The notes: generated by a model from the letters alone, not told the origin. Shown: positions 1-9,582, counted from the first letter of the stretch. The stretch is DNA of 64,000 bases from Acidobacteriota bacterium (GCA_036507075.1 DASXQR010000146.1:32001-96000); one strand, 5' to 3'. Made by a program: numbers and translations.

Positions 1-1493
1 AGGTGCTCTGTTGAAAAGAACTCATTTCCCGGCCATTGATCGTCGATAATAGAAAATGGCAGGGACCCAAAGCGCTCCCGTAATTCCTTGCGTGTCTTTT
101 TCTCGTCCAGGGCTTTTTCCGGCTCTTCTTGAGCAAGATTCTTTGCCGTTTTGTCTGCGAGATCATCGAGTCGGCGCTCACGCTCCTCGGCGGGAATATC
201 GCGTCCCGCTCGCGGTTTCACAGAGGTTTTTTCCGCTTCTGCAGCGATTTCCTCTGCCGCGTTATGAACGCCTTTCTGCTGTTTCTCCGCATTCGCTGTC
301 TCGCCCCACTTCTTTCGAATACGGCCAACCAGGGTTTCCATAACAGGTCGAATGATCTTACGAAGGTCGTGACGCAATTCCTCTACGGGTTCCACGCCGC
401 GTTTAACATTACGAACTCGAAACGCTTCGTCGAGCACAGGGTCAAAGGATATTTCAATCCCAATAAACCGTGCAATTTCACGCACACCATCGGGGTAGAA
501 CCGCGGAATGATGTCAAAGAAAATTTCCCGATTCGCACGAACCACCGAAAGGGGCTCGTTTTCAATAATACGGCGTTCGCGATTGAACGTAGTCTCAGCG
601 CCGGAGCCCCTCTTTGGTCTCCACTGTTCGGGCAAGAGTGTTATTCTGACCTTAATCGGTGCCATCACGGTTGGATCGCTAGCGAGCGGCCAGGGAACCT
701 CTTCGTCAAATTCGAGTGTGGCTTTGGGATCGTCGGCAAAGCGCGAGTCGAGCAGGTAGAGGGGATCGTGCGCCGCTACGGGCGCACCGTTAACCTCAAT
801 GACTCTTCCGCCGGCTAGAAAATACCTATAAGTGCGCGCGACCCACTTGATCAAATCAGTCTGGACGCGATCAATGGTTCGAACATCCTTTGCCTTCAGT
901 GCCTTGCGGGAACTCGCTTGTGGTGCGACCGAAAGACGATCGCATTTCGACCAGACGACGAGCGTACCTGAGGTTTTCGAGTTCGGTAAATCAGCAAATT
1001 CTGCTGGTAGATCGCGCGCTTCGGGGGTAATCATCTGTGTGAGAGTGCCCTCCGCGATTTCATCCAAGTCTATGTATGTGTAGAGAAAAGGGCCGCTGGA
1101 GTTGTCGCGGCTGTACACCTCGACTCGACGGCATTGGCTGATGGCGCCAAGAGTACCGCCGACACCGAAACGCCCCATACCCTTTCGGCTGTTATACCGT
1201 GTCGATTCACCAAGTACTAGACACCTCTGCAAAACGTCCGCCGGCATGCCAATACCGTCGTCACTAATCGCGATCTTATCTACAACCGTCAGCGATTCTG
1301 ATTTCTTGCCTTTTTGGATTGTTTGGAGGGTCTCTATTAAACGCACCCTTATCTCGTTTGCGCCTGCTTCGAACGCGTTGTCAAGAGGCTCACCAATCGC
1401 CGCTTCCAGCGTGTAGCCGGAGGAGCGGAGTGAGTTTAGAGCTTTGTCGACACGAATTAACGGCACCGGTTCGACTAATGTTGTTGTTGCCAT
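1..1493 (-). CDS. MORC-like GHKL ATPase (HATPase_c_3), runs off the left edge; absent from the ORF track
   Basis: Manual translation from ATG at 1493 (SD AAGGAG at about 1503-1508): MATTTLVEPVPLIRVDKALNSLRSSGYTLEAAIGEPLDNAFEAGA...ISDDGIGM...GRFGVG, i.e. the GHKL E-x-x-x-N, DxGxG and GRFGxG motifs. The same frame is open at the window edge (...SIIDDQWPGNEFFSTEH). Confidence 0.88.
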   Translation of the reverse strand, partial: MATTTLVEPVPLIRVDKALNSLRSSGYTLEAAIGEPLDNAFEAGANEIRVRLIETLQTIQKGKKSESLTVVDKIAISDDGIGMPADVLQRCLVLGESTRYNSRKGMGRFGVGGTLGAISQCRRVEVYSRDNSSGPFLYTYIDLDEIAEGTLTQMITPEARDLPAEFADLPNSKTSGTLVVWSKCDRLSVAPQASSRKALKAKDVRTIDRVQTDLIKWVARTYRYFLAGGRVIEVNGAPVAAHDPLYLLDSRFADDPKATLEFDEEVPWPLASDPTVMAPIKVRITLLPEQWRPKRGSGAETTFNRERRIIENEPLSVVRANREIFFDIIPRFYPDGVREIARFIGIEISFDPVLDEAFRVRNVKRGVEPVEELRHDLRKIIRPVMETLVGRIRKKWGETANAEKQQKGVHNAAEEIAAEAEKTSVKPRAGRDIPAEERERRLDDLADKTAKNLAQEEPEKALDEKKTRKELRERFGSLPFSIIDDQWPGNEFFSTEH

Positions 1494-1552
1494 AACAGTT
1501 ATCTCCTTATTTGGTGTGTACGTCTCCGAGAATCGTTGTTTAGAGTAGCGAC

Positions 1553-1759
1553 TCAGTGCCAGTACCTATCGGCCTTCCTTTGGATACGCCGCGTCATCTG
1601 ACAGACGGCGGGGCGAGAGATCCCAAAGGCTCGGGCCACCTGTGCCTGTGAAAAACCCAGCGAGAATGCCGCAACAAGGACGCGCTCTCTGGAGGTTAGA
1701 AAGTTGGAAATAAAGGATTTAGCGCAAACTGTGCGCTCGAGGGTTGATAGGGTTCTCAT
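1553..1759 (-). CDS. Small sigma-70 region-4-like HTH protein
   Basis: LTSRER...GFSQAQVARAFGISRPAVCQ HTH pattern; SD GGAGG just upstream; first gene of the MORC operon. Confidence 0.7.
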   Translation of the reverse strand: MRTLSTLERTVCAKSFISNFLTSRERVLVAAFSLGFSQAQVARAFGISRPAVCQMTRRIQRKADRYWH

Positions 1760-2216
1760 TTGTCCTCCGTGCTCTCTGTCCGCCTACGGCTGGTCAGAGC
1801 GGAATGTGCGCCAGGAAATTCCGGCGACACTGCCTCTTCTTATAACACCGGTAAGGGTCATTTGTTAACTGGTCATTGAGAAAACTTTCGCAACTGTTAG
1901 GGTTATTCTTGAATTCCCGCTTCCCGAACGCTCACGCATCGCCTGCGCGTACAACCAACAAACTCTTGCAAAGAAGAAACCGAGCAAAACAGGTAATAAC
2001 AGACTACGGTTATAGCGCGCATTGAGGGATTCATCATCCCGGGAAGACAAAGTTGCTTTCACAACCAAAAGAATTCTGCCGAAAAACATTCACACCGTTA
2101 ACTATCTGAGCACGATTCTTTACACTGGTGAATGTCAACGCGTGACCGTCTGCAGACGCAACTGTTGAGATTAGCGTGCAAAGGCTCAAAGCCAGCACCG
2201 GAAAGGGGAATTGTAA

Positions 2217-2393
2217 ATGGCAACTTTCGTGATCTACGAAGATACACGGAAAGAGTACAGGTGGCGCTTGGTGTCGAACAATGGAAGAATCATCGCAGAT
2301 TCTGCCGAAGGATACAGCACCAAGTCCGGCTGCCGTACCGCTGTGGACCTCGTAAAAACGGAGGCACCAACGGCCCACGTCGTAGAAAAATAA
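2217..2393 (+). CDS. DUF1508/YegP (UPF0339) family small protein, 58 aa; absent from the ORF track
   Basis: MATFVIYEDTRKEYRWRLVSNNGRIIADSAEGYSTKSGCRTAVDLVK matches the F.iy.d..geyRWRL.a.NG.iIA.s.EgY family signature; purine-rich SD upstream. Confidence 0.9.
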   Translation: MATFVIYEDTRKEYRWRLVSNNGRIIADSAEGYSTKSGCRTAVDLVKTEAPTAHVVEK

Positions 2394-2402
2394 CGCTCGG
2401 CT

Positions 2403-2431
2403 CGGGGGCTCGGCAACCTGTTGAGCCCCCG
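2403..2431 (+). terminator. GC-rich hairpin after the DUF1508 gene
   Basis: cgggggctc...gagcccccg inverted repeat directly after the stop; no clear U-tract. Confidence 0.45.
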
Positions 2432-2508
2432 GGTGACCGCCACAAGAACGGAAAGGTGGTCTGGAGATTTTCGACAGGAACTGAGAAGGACAGCGACTCA
2501 ACGTGGAA

Positions 2509-2536
2509 TTGACACTAACTTTGAAACGCGTACACT
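2509..2536 (+). promoter_or_regulatory. Sigma70-type promoter of the caspase-helicase gene
   Basis: TTGACA (2509-2514), 16-nt spacer, TACACT (2531-2536), 18 nt before ATG 2555. Confidence 0.6.
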
Positions 2537-2554
2537 TTAATTACTTGTCTTGAT

Positions 2555-5500
2555 ATGTCCTTCAAAAGCGTTTTTATCGGCATCGACCGATACCAATCTT
2601 CCCTGATTTCCAATCTCTCGTGCTCGGTACGTGACGCGAAGGCGCTTCACGGGCTTTTCGGTGACGCCTTCGGCACCTCGGAGTCGCTTCTGCTGACTAA
2701 CGAACTAGCAACTCGTTCCGCAATTCTCAAAGGCATCCAGAATCTTCAACTGGCGAGCCCTGACGATGTTGTGGTTATCGGCTTTTCTGGCCATGGGTCG
2801 GACTCGCACCACCTGATTACATACGATGCTGATCCGCTCACTCTCGACGCAACAGCGATACACTTGGACGAACTCACAGATCTATTTTCCAGAATCCCCG
2901 CAGCAAATCTAGTGTTACTACTTGACTGCTGCTTCGCTGGTGGCGCTGGGTCGAAGGTCTTTCATGCTCCTGTGGCAGCAAAGGCACCAGCCTCAGCAGA
3001 GGCACTCTTAAATAAAATTAGCGGGAGAGGGCGGATAATATTCACCGCCGCGACTGCTGACCAAGAAGCCATTGAAGATCGGCGGCGAGGCCACGGCTTG
3101 TTTACATTTTATGTTATCGAGGGCCTCCGAGGTGCACCGGAAATCGTGAAAGCCGGCAGTATACCGGTATTGTCTCTACTGCAATTTGTCTCTCAATCAG
3201 TTATCGAAGCGGCACGGCAAATTCGGCATCAGCAGGAGCCAACCGTTAAGGGTGTCGTTGAAGGCGAATTGAGATTTCCAGTCCTCGCGCCCGGACCGAT
3301 TTACAAAGGATTTTTCCCCGAGTGCGCAGCCACGCCGGTCGGGCCAGCCATCAGTGATTTGGTTAATTTTGGATTTCCGCCGCCAATCATTCAGATTCTG
3401 CAAACCGCGATTCCTTCTCTTAATGAGCTTCAGCAGGACGCGATCAATAAAGCAGGTCTATTCGACGGGCAGCATCTGGTCGTTTCCGCGCCAACCACGT
3501 CTGGTAAGACAATGATTGGCGAACTGGCTGCGCTGCACGGTTTTACAAAAGGCGAGCGCAGTTACATGTTGTTGCCGCTGAGGGCGCTGGTCAATGACAA
3601 ATACGACGAATTCACGGCCAAGTATGGTTCCTTTGGTCTTCGAATAATTCGCTCAACAGGCGAAATCGCCGACGACAACGACTCCTTACTCCGTGGTAAG
3701 TTCGATATCGCATTCCTAACGTACGAGCGATTTGCAGCTCTCGCTCTAACCGTCCCTCACATTATGCGCCAAGTTGGCGTGATCGTTATCGACGAAGTGC
3801 AAATGATCACAGACCGTAATCGGGGCGCCAATCTTGAATTTGTGCTCACATTACTAAAAGCGCAACGGCTTTTGGGCATCGAGCCACAGATGATTGCTCT
3901 CTCAGCAGTGATTGGTGACACGAACGGTTTCGAATCGTGGCTTAATGCGCGCCTCCTGTACACGGAGAAGCGACCTGTGCCGCTTGATGAGGGCCTCATC
4001 GACATGAACGGAGCGTTCCGCTACGTGTCAGAGGCGGGTAAGGAAGAAGTCATCAATAATTATGCGCGACCTGAGTACCGAAAGGGGTCATCGCAGGACA
4101 TCATCATTCCACTTGTGCGGCAGTTGGTCGCTGGCGGAGAGAAGGTTATCGTCTTTCGTGAGACAAAGCCGATTGTGCGAGCAACAGCTGAGTATTTGAA
4201 GAATAACTTGGGTCTTTCTCAAGCGATCGAAACTTTAAACCTGCTTCCTATGGGTGACCCATCTGCTGCGTCGGCACAACTTCGCGGGTGCCTGGAGCAC
4301 GGTGTTGGCTTTCATAACGCCGATCTTGATCGCGAGGAGCGACAGGCTATTGAGGCGACTTTTCGGGATCCGGCCAGCTCTTTGAAAGTGCTTGTTGCGA
4401 CCACTACTCTGGCGATGGGCGTGAATACACCCGCTTGGTCGGTGGTAATCGCAGGTCTTGAGCATCCCGGTTCTCCGTACAGCGTGGCCGAATATAAGAA
4501 TATGGTCGGCCGAGCCGGCCGGCTCGGGTTCACCCCTAAAGGGAAGTCATTTTTAGTTGCGCCGACCCAGGCCGATGCTTACCATCTGTGGAATACATAT
4601 GTTCTGGGCAAACCTGAATCGCTGGTTTCGCGGTTTTCAGATCAGGAACCATTGTCGCTCGTCTGCCGCGTACTCGCAACCGCGGCAGCTTCAAAGGCCA
4701 ATAGTCTCTCCGAACAGGAGCTTGTAGACTTCATTCATTCGACCTTTGCGGCGCATCAGAAAGGACAGTATCTTGACGCCGCGACAGTCTCAGGAACTTT
4801 AGAGCGACTCCTTGGAGGGGGGCTGGTCGAACGGATCGACGACCGCTACCGATTGACTGAACTGGGTAAGGTAGCTGGAGAATTGGGTATTCAGGTCGAA
4901 AGTGTTGTGCGCATTTCACGATCCCTTCGTGGGCTCTCCGCTGGCGAACTAACAGATACCGTCTTATTGGCAGCCGCTCAGACTGCCGTGGAATTGGATG
5001 AAGTGATTTTTCCCGTTCATAGAACATCGACAAAGGAACGGGATCGCTGGCAGGGTGCCGTACGCCAACAGCATTTGCCACCCTCGGTGGCAAGCGAACT
5101 TCGGGCGATTGACGGTCGTGGCTACACCGCGCGATGTAAGCGTCTGTCGGCCGTCTTGATGTGGATCGACGGTGTAGAGCTCAATCGAATGGAGGCCTCA
5201 CTCTTACTGCACTTGCCTGGAGACAATGCAGCTGGACCGATCCGTGCATCGGCGGAGCGAACGCGCGACTTGATCGGGGTCGTCACTCGAATTGGTACAC
5301 TGGTGTCTACTAATGAAGGTTCTGAACCTAGTAATCAAATCGACCAACTTAGCATTCGACTGGAACTGGGCATTCCTGTTGATATGTTGTGGCTTGCAAA
5401 AGAGCTCAAGCGAAGTTTAGAGCGTGGAGACTACCTTGCTTTGCGGCGAGCTGGTTTAACTACCGTAGAAGCAATTGACGCGGCTGACAAAAGTGCCCTG

Positions 5501-5632
5501 GCGCGTGTAATAACGGGCGATGTAAAAATCAAGCGGATTCGCGAGGCTATTGAAAGGATTAAGCAAGCCAAACCTGTAAACACCGATGATCTGCCAATGC
5601 CTCTGCCAGCAATGCGGGCGGGCGAAACTTGA
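2555..5632 (+). CDS. Caspase-like (peptidase C14) domain fused to a Ski2/Hel308-like SF2 helicase
   Basis: N-terminal FSGHG and LLDCCFAG His/Cys dyad; helicase motifs Q (LNELQ), I (APTTSGKT), Ia (PLRALV), II (DEVQ), V (ATTTLAMGVN), VI (MVGRAGR), then a wHTH/ratchet-like region. Confidence 0.92.
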   Translation: MSFKSVFIGIDRYQSSLISNLSCSVRDAKALHGLFGDAFGTSESLLLTNELATRSAILKGIQNLQLASPDDVVVIGFSGHGSDSHHLITYDADPLTLDATAIHLDELTDLFSRIPAANLVLLLDCCFAGGAGSKVFHAPVAAKAPASAEALLNKISGRGRIIFTAATADQEAIEDRRRGHGLFTFYVIEGLRGAPEIVKAGSIPVLSLLQFVSQSVIEAARQIRHQQEPTVKGVVEGELRFPVLAPGPIYKGFFPECAATPVGPAISDLVNFGFPPPIIQILQTAIPSLNELQQDAINKAGLFDGQHLVVSAPTTSGKTMIGELAALHGFTKGERSYMLLPLRALVNDKYDEFTAKYGSFGLRIIRSTGEIADDNDSLLRGKFDIAFLTYERFAALALTVPHIMRQVGVIVIDEVQMITDRNRGANLEFVLTLLKAQRLLGIEPQMIALSAVIGDTNGFESWLNARLLYTEKRPVPLDEGLIDMNGAFRYVSEAGKEEVINNYARPEYRKGSSQDIIIPLVRQLVAGGEKVIVFRETKPIVRATAEYLKNNLGLSQAIETLNLLPMGDPSAASAQLRGCLEHGVGFHNADLDREERQAIEATFRDPASSLKVLVATTTLAMGVNTPAWSVVIAGLEHPGSPYSVAEYKNMVGRAGRLGFTPKGKSFLVAPTQADAYHLWNTYVLGKPESLVSRFSDQEPLSLVCRVLATAAASKANSLSEQELVDFIHSTFAAHQKGQYLDAATVSGTLERLLGGGLVERIDDRYRLTELGKVAGELGIQVESVVRISRSLRGLSAGELTDTVLLAAAQTAVELDEVIFPVHRTSTKERDRWQGAVRQQHLPPSVASELRAIDGRGYTARCKRLSAVLMWIDGVELNRMEASLLLHLPGDNAAGPIRASAERTRDLIGVVTRIGTLVSTNEGSEPSNQIDQLSIRLELGIPVDMLWLAKELKRSLERGDYLALRRAGLTTVEAIDAADKSALARVITGDVKIKRIREAIERIKQAKPVNTDDLPMPLPAMRAGET

Positions 5633-5663
5633 TAACTTCCGGCGCAAATAGTCCGGGCCCGAC

Positions 5664-7220
5664 TCAAGCTGCTATACTCAGATCATCATTCTCCTCCTGA
5701 CCCCGAACGGCAATAGGGGTTTTCTGCAAAATCATTTCAATTTTGGGGATAAGCTCGTCCCAAGTTCGAAGTCTGTCCCGAAGTGGGCTGCCAGTTGAAT
5801 ATTCAAAGCGATTTGCGATGAGATCAAAGGGAACTTTTAGCATAAACTCCGCATTTTTTCCGATCACGAGCCGGTTCGAAGTCAGGTTTTCCACCAAATC
5901 GCGCTTTTTGTCCAAAATTGCAGTTTTGTACGCAGAATAAGCACTTCCGGCGAGTTCGAGGAATCGCGCAAGCCGATCGTGAAGCGAGGTCCCACCACGG
6001 CTTAAATCCACCAATTTTTCCTCCACATCCCTCTTCGTTCCCAGAAGAGCGTTTTTGCGCTGAACGAACGTGTCCTGATCGACGAGGCGGTCAATGTAAG
6101 CGTCGGTCAGGCGGGCGAAACGCTCCTGAATTGCCGACAACTGCAGGTTCAGCGAATCGATCAGTTGTTTTTGGAGACGGATCCAATCCGCCTTGATCTG
6201 CGAGAGTTTTTGCCGGAGATAAGCCTGCTCAGGGGCGCTGAACCGGAGAAGGAATAATTTCTGAACCAGGCTGTTTTCCACCGCCTCTTCCCGAATGGCG
6301 GTAGTTGGACAAGAAGCGGTATGGCAACGGTAATAGATATGCCCTTTCTGCTTTTCTCCGACCAGCGAGTAATTACATAGCTTGCATTTGAGCAAACGCC
6401 GAAACAGGAACTCGTGCTTTTGACTGCGAATGTTGAACTTGCCATCCAATACTGACTGGACGCTATCAAACAGGGCTTTCGACACGACCGGCTCATGCAC
6501 GCCGGGGAAATGTTCCCCGGTACGGCGCAAACGTATGACGCCGGTGTAAAACGGATTGCGGAGAATCGTTGAAAGCCCGTTGCGGGAAACTTCATTGCCC
6601 CGGCGGGTGCGCAGTCCGAGGCGAAAAAGCTCGTCACCTAAAGTATCTAGATTATGTCTGGCGGTTGAGTAAAGCTCGAAGGCCCGCCGAATGAGCGGCG
6701 CTCGCACCGGGTCAGGACTTTTTGGTTTGCCGGGACCAATGTCCGAATAGCCGAGAGGGGCCTGCATGGGCAGCAGCCCTTGGTTGAGCCGCCCATAAAA
6801 GCCCTTGCGCGTCTCTTCCCGCAAATTACGAATGTAGTCGGCTGCAACTACGGCCTGAATGTCGGCCGAAAGACGACCGCCACGCGAACGCAGGTCCAGA
6901 CTCTCGTTGGCAAAGAAGATCTCTATGCCTTGGTCGATGAGTTCACCAAGATCCGCCCAGTCTTTGAGGTTGCGCGCCCCTCGGTCGATTTTGTGGATGA
7001 TCACGCCAGCGGCGCTGCCCCGGCGAAGCAGCTTAAGCATTCTGTTGAAAACCGGTCGGCCGCGCTTGGCCGCAGTTTCGCGTTCCTCAAACCATTGGCA
7101 CACGGTCAAATTGTTTCGCGCGGCGAAGCGCTCGATGGCGGCGCGCTGTTCCTGCAGCGAAACGCCGCGTTCGCCCTGTTTGGGCGTAGAGACGCGAATG
7201 TAGGCAAAACATTGCCGCAT
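5664..7220 (-). CDS. Large serine recombinase (resolvase, recombinase, zinc ribbon and coiled-coil domains)
   Basis: YIRVST catalytic Ser, DRGARN, LRNPFYTG, CKLC...YYRC...C zinc ribbon. Confidence 0.95.
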   Translation of the reverse strand: MRQCFAYIRVSTPKQGERGVSLQEQRAAIERFAARNNLTVCQWFEERETAAKRGRPVFNRMLKLLRRGSAAGVIIHKIDRGARNLKDWADLGELIDQGIEIFFANESLDLRSRGGRLSADIQAVVAADYIRNLREETRKGFYGRLNQGLLPMQAPLGYSDIGPGKPKSPDPVRAPLIRRAFELYSTARHNLDTLGDELFRLGLRTRRGNEVSRNGLSTILRNPFYTGVIRLRRTGEHFPGVHEPVVSKALFDSVQSVLDGKFNIRSQKHEFLFRRLLKCKLCNYSLVGEKQKGHIYYRCHTASCPTTAIREEAVENSLVQKLFLLRFSAPEQAYLRQKLSQIKADWIRLQKQLIDSLNLQLSAIQERFARLTDAYIDRLVDQDTFVQRKNALLGTKRDVEEKLVDLSRGGTSLHDRLARFLELAGSAYSAYKTAILDKKRDLVENLTSNRLVIGKNAEFMLKVPFDLIANRFEYSTGSPLRDRLRTWDELIPKIEMILQKTPIAVRGQEENDDLSIAA

Positions 7221-7283
7221 AAAAAGGAAAAATATGGCGTTAAAAGGCGGGTTCTTGGAGGCCCGGTCGCAGGTTACCTCGGA

Positions 7284-7460
7284 TTACCAAGGAACGTCAA
7301 AGTTGTTATCCCCAGAGCGCCCAGCCTCGAGTCGCTCAAAGATCTGCCAAACCACGGTTAAATAACGCTCCAGGTTTTCTTCGGCTTCCTTGAGTTGCTG
7401 GTCGTTAAGCTCGGGATAAAGCTCGCGCAAGGTTGGAACCTTATCAGGGGCCTTGCTCAT
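7284..7460 (-). CDS. Small hypothetical protein upstream of the serine recombinase
   Basis: MSKAPDKVPTLRELYPELNDQQLKEAEENLERYLTVVWQIFERL is helical and co-oriented with the recombinase; start placed at ATG 7460. Confidence 0.65.
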   Translation of the reverse strand: MSKAPDKVPTLRELYPELNDQQLKEAEENLERYLTVVWQIFERLEAGRSGDNNFDVPW

Positions 7461-7494
7461 CTGGTCAACATAAACGAGATTGCAAGCGTTGGAT

Positions 7495-8500
7495 AGACGG
7501 GAAAACTTGAATCGCAGTACCCCCTGAATCCGAATCAAGTTTTCCCGCCTAGAAAATTTTCCCGCAGAGCGCGATGATCCGAGCCGCAATGCATCCCATT
7601 GACTACATCCTGGAATTTCTTTATGAAGCAATTCGAATTATTCTTGTCGAAGAGCTGCATGTTCACGTGCGCTCGAAAATGCTGCGCTGTCGGCGGCGGC
7701 GCATGCGCCGTGTCGCGCCACTTCCCCTACATGAGCGACGACGGTCTGTGCAATGTTATCTACAGGCGCAGTGCCGAATTCGCTTGCGCCAGCACTTTGA
7801 GCTGCTTCGCGATCCCTAGCCAGATTCAACTTTTCCCTCCTTTTTTCAAATCCGCCGGGTTGCTATGGTGAACGTACACGCCGAAAGCTTCCCACTTTGA
7901 GTTCTGCGCCTTGAGTACCTCCTGGTCCGCAGGGCGGAGAGTTCAATTTGAATCGGAGGGAGAAATGAGAATCAGGGAAATCTCGGTCAGGTATGCGGCA
8001 AGCGAAGTTAGGTTGGAGGAAGGCGAAAGCTTTAGAAATTCCCGACAGGTCTTTGAGGCGTTCAGGCAGTTGGCACTGGAGCCGGTCGAAGTCTTCAGAG
8101 TCATCCTTTTGGACGGCAAGAACCGAATGCTCTTTTATGAGGACATCAGCCGGGGCAGTCTAACCGGGGCCTTGGTTCATCCGCGCGAAGTCTTCTGGTC
8201 AGCCATTCACCACCGAGCCGCGGCCATTATTTGCCTTCACAATCATCCTTCGGGTGATCCTGAGCCGTCGGCGGAAGATCGTGAAATCACAGCCCGGCTG
8301 AAGCAAGCAGGTGACCTGCTCGGAATTCGGGTGCTCGACCACATCGTAATCGGCGACGGTTGTTACGTCAGTTTCCAGGATCGCGGCGAACTTTAGAGCT
8401 TGCTGGATTGCGGTGATAAGGCGGGTGTTAAGGCGAAAAGCTTGCACCCGCCGTCGCTTTTTCAACCGGACCCCCTACTCGCATTCAAGTTTTCCCGCCT
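7495..8500. repeat. 16-bp motif TCAAGTTTTCCCGCCT: direct copies at 7535-7550 and 8485-8500, inverted 15/16 copy at 7495-7510
   Basis: Read directly from the sequence. Confidence 0.85.
7965..8396 (+). CDS. radC: RadC-like JAB domain protein
   Basis: VHPREVF, HNHPSGDPEPSAED, VLDHIVIG; ATG 7965 preceded by GGAGG. Confidence 0.93.
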   Translation: MRIREISVRYAASEVRLEEGESFRNSRQVFEAFRQLALEPVEVFRVILLDGKNRMLFYEDISRGSLTGALVHPREVFWSAIHHRAAAIICLHNHPSGDPEPSAEDREITARLKQAGDLLGIRVLDHIVIGDGCYVSFQDRGEL

Positions 8501-8547
8501 TTTACCAAATCCTCTGAACCTATACATTGAGAATTAGCAAAACCAAT

Positions 8548-8844
8548 ATGAAACAAAACACAAATTCACATCCAAACCAACTCGTGGTTTACCGAATGCG
8601 GATGAAATTCAGTCAAAGCCGCGTGGCCCGACTCTTGGGCCACAAAAATGAGGAGATGCTGTCCCGTTACGAGCACGGGCGATCCTTGCCGCCCTTGCTG
8701 ACCGCCTTGAAACTGGAAATTATCTATCGCGTGCCGGTGGCTTTCCTCTATCCGGAACTTTACGAAACTTTGCGTAATCGAATTCGCGCCGAGGAAGGGA
8801 AACTCTCCGTCCGGGGTCTTCAACAAGCCCTGCCCTTGAATTAA
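8548..8844 (+). CDS. XRE-family HTH regulator
   Basis: SQSRVARLLG...LSRYEHGRSLP...LEIIY. Confidence 0.85.
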   Translation: MKQNTNSHPNQLVVYRMRMKFSQSRVARLLGHKNEEMLSRYEHGRSLPPLLTALKLEIIYRVPVAFLYPELYETLRNRIRAEEGKLSVRGLQQALPLN

Positions 8845-8855
8845 CCGCAAGACAA

Positions 8856-9149
8856 ATGACCAAGATTCTTGATCGTCTCAGCTCGCCACAAGACCGCTTC
8901 CACCCGCAGACGGCCAAAGAGTTTTTCGCGTTGCAGCTTGCCCGCAAGCTGGGAGCCCTGGACCGAGTTGGTCACTTTGTGTTGCTGGTCGACCAATATT
9001 CACAAGGAACACTGCTGCGGATCTACCGGAGGGCTCGCAAGACTCAGCAAGGAACAACGGGGCTGGCAGACCGCTTCGAGGCGGAATTGGCGCATATCAA
9101 CCACAAGGAGGAAGGTAATGACTCACAAGTTAGCCGCCATCAAGGTTGA
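8856..9149 (+). CDS. Hypothetical helical protein of the element core
   Basis: Tightly packed in the operon between the HTH and RuvC-like genes. Confidence 0.6.
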   Translation: MTKILDRLSSPQDRFHPQTAKEFFALQLARKLGALDRVGHFVLLVDQYSQGTLLRIYRRARKTQQGTTGLADRFEAELAHINHKEEGNDSQVSRHQG

Positions 9150-9582
9150 GCGGCGAAGCGTGGCGACGGCCGTCTTTGTCGGCGACAGACTGGACTACGT
9201 GCAACGACGCCAACTTTCATCTGCGCCATCAAAGGCCGAAGCCAGTGCCGTGGGTTTTGTCAATTGGACCGTCAATACGTTTGAAATTCACTCGGTCGCG
9301 CTTGAGGCCGTAACCAATGGAGACGTGCGCCGCGTCCAACTAACAGAATCGATCCTGAAAATGCTTCGGGAAAACGGCGTCCCCATCTGGAAATTGTCAA
9401 AGCAGGACATGTTTGCCGCTTACGGAATCCCACCGCTTCGCACGCGTCGGGAGTTGTGGAAAGTAATTCTGTCGATCTGGCCGATTCTTGACCGCGGTGA
9501 GCAAGGAAACGACGGCATTTTGGACGCCGCGGCGTTGGGTCTGCTGGTTGCTACTGAACGCCTGCTCCTTACAGAGACCTGA
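9118..9582 (+). CDS. RuvC/RNase H-fold-like protein, first catalytic Asp replaced
   Basis: SD AAGGAGG before ATG 9118; LAAIKVERRSVATAVF / VALE / SKQDM / DAAAL aligns by eye with RuvC motifs I-III. Confidence 0.6.
   Translation: MTHKLAAIKVERRSVATAVFVGDRLDYVQRRQLSSAPSKAEASAVGFVNWTVNTFEIHSVALEAVTNGDVRRVQLTESILKMLRENGVPIWKLSKQDMFAAYGIPPLRTRRELWKVILSIWPILDRGEQGNDGILDAAALGLLVATERLLLTET

Noticed and set aside
56..1416. Plus-strand ORFs 56-343, 129-818, 832-1083 and 1102-1416
   Set aside because: Antisense shadows of the minus-strand MORC ATPase, which has clear motifs and an SD
2034..2512. ORFs 2034-2501, 2132-2512 and 2234-2443
   Set aside because: They overlap the recognisable 58-aa DUF1508 gene and have no motifs
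5763..5793. GTTCGAA...GCCA inside the serine recombinase 3' end as a tRNA-derived att site
   Set aside because: T-loop-to-CCA distance is 22 nt rather than 16 and no T-stem forms; unsupported
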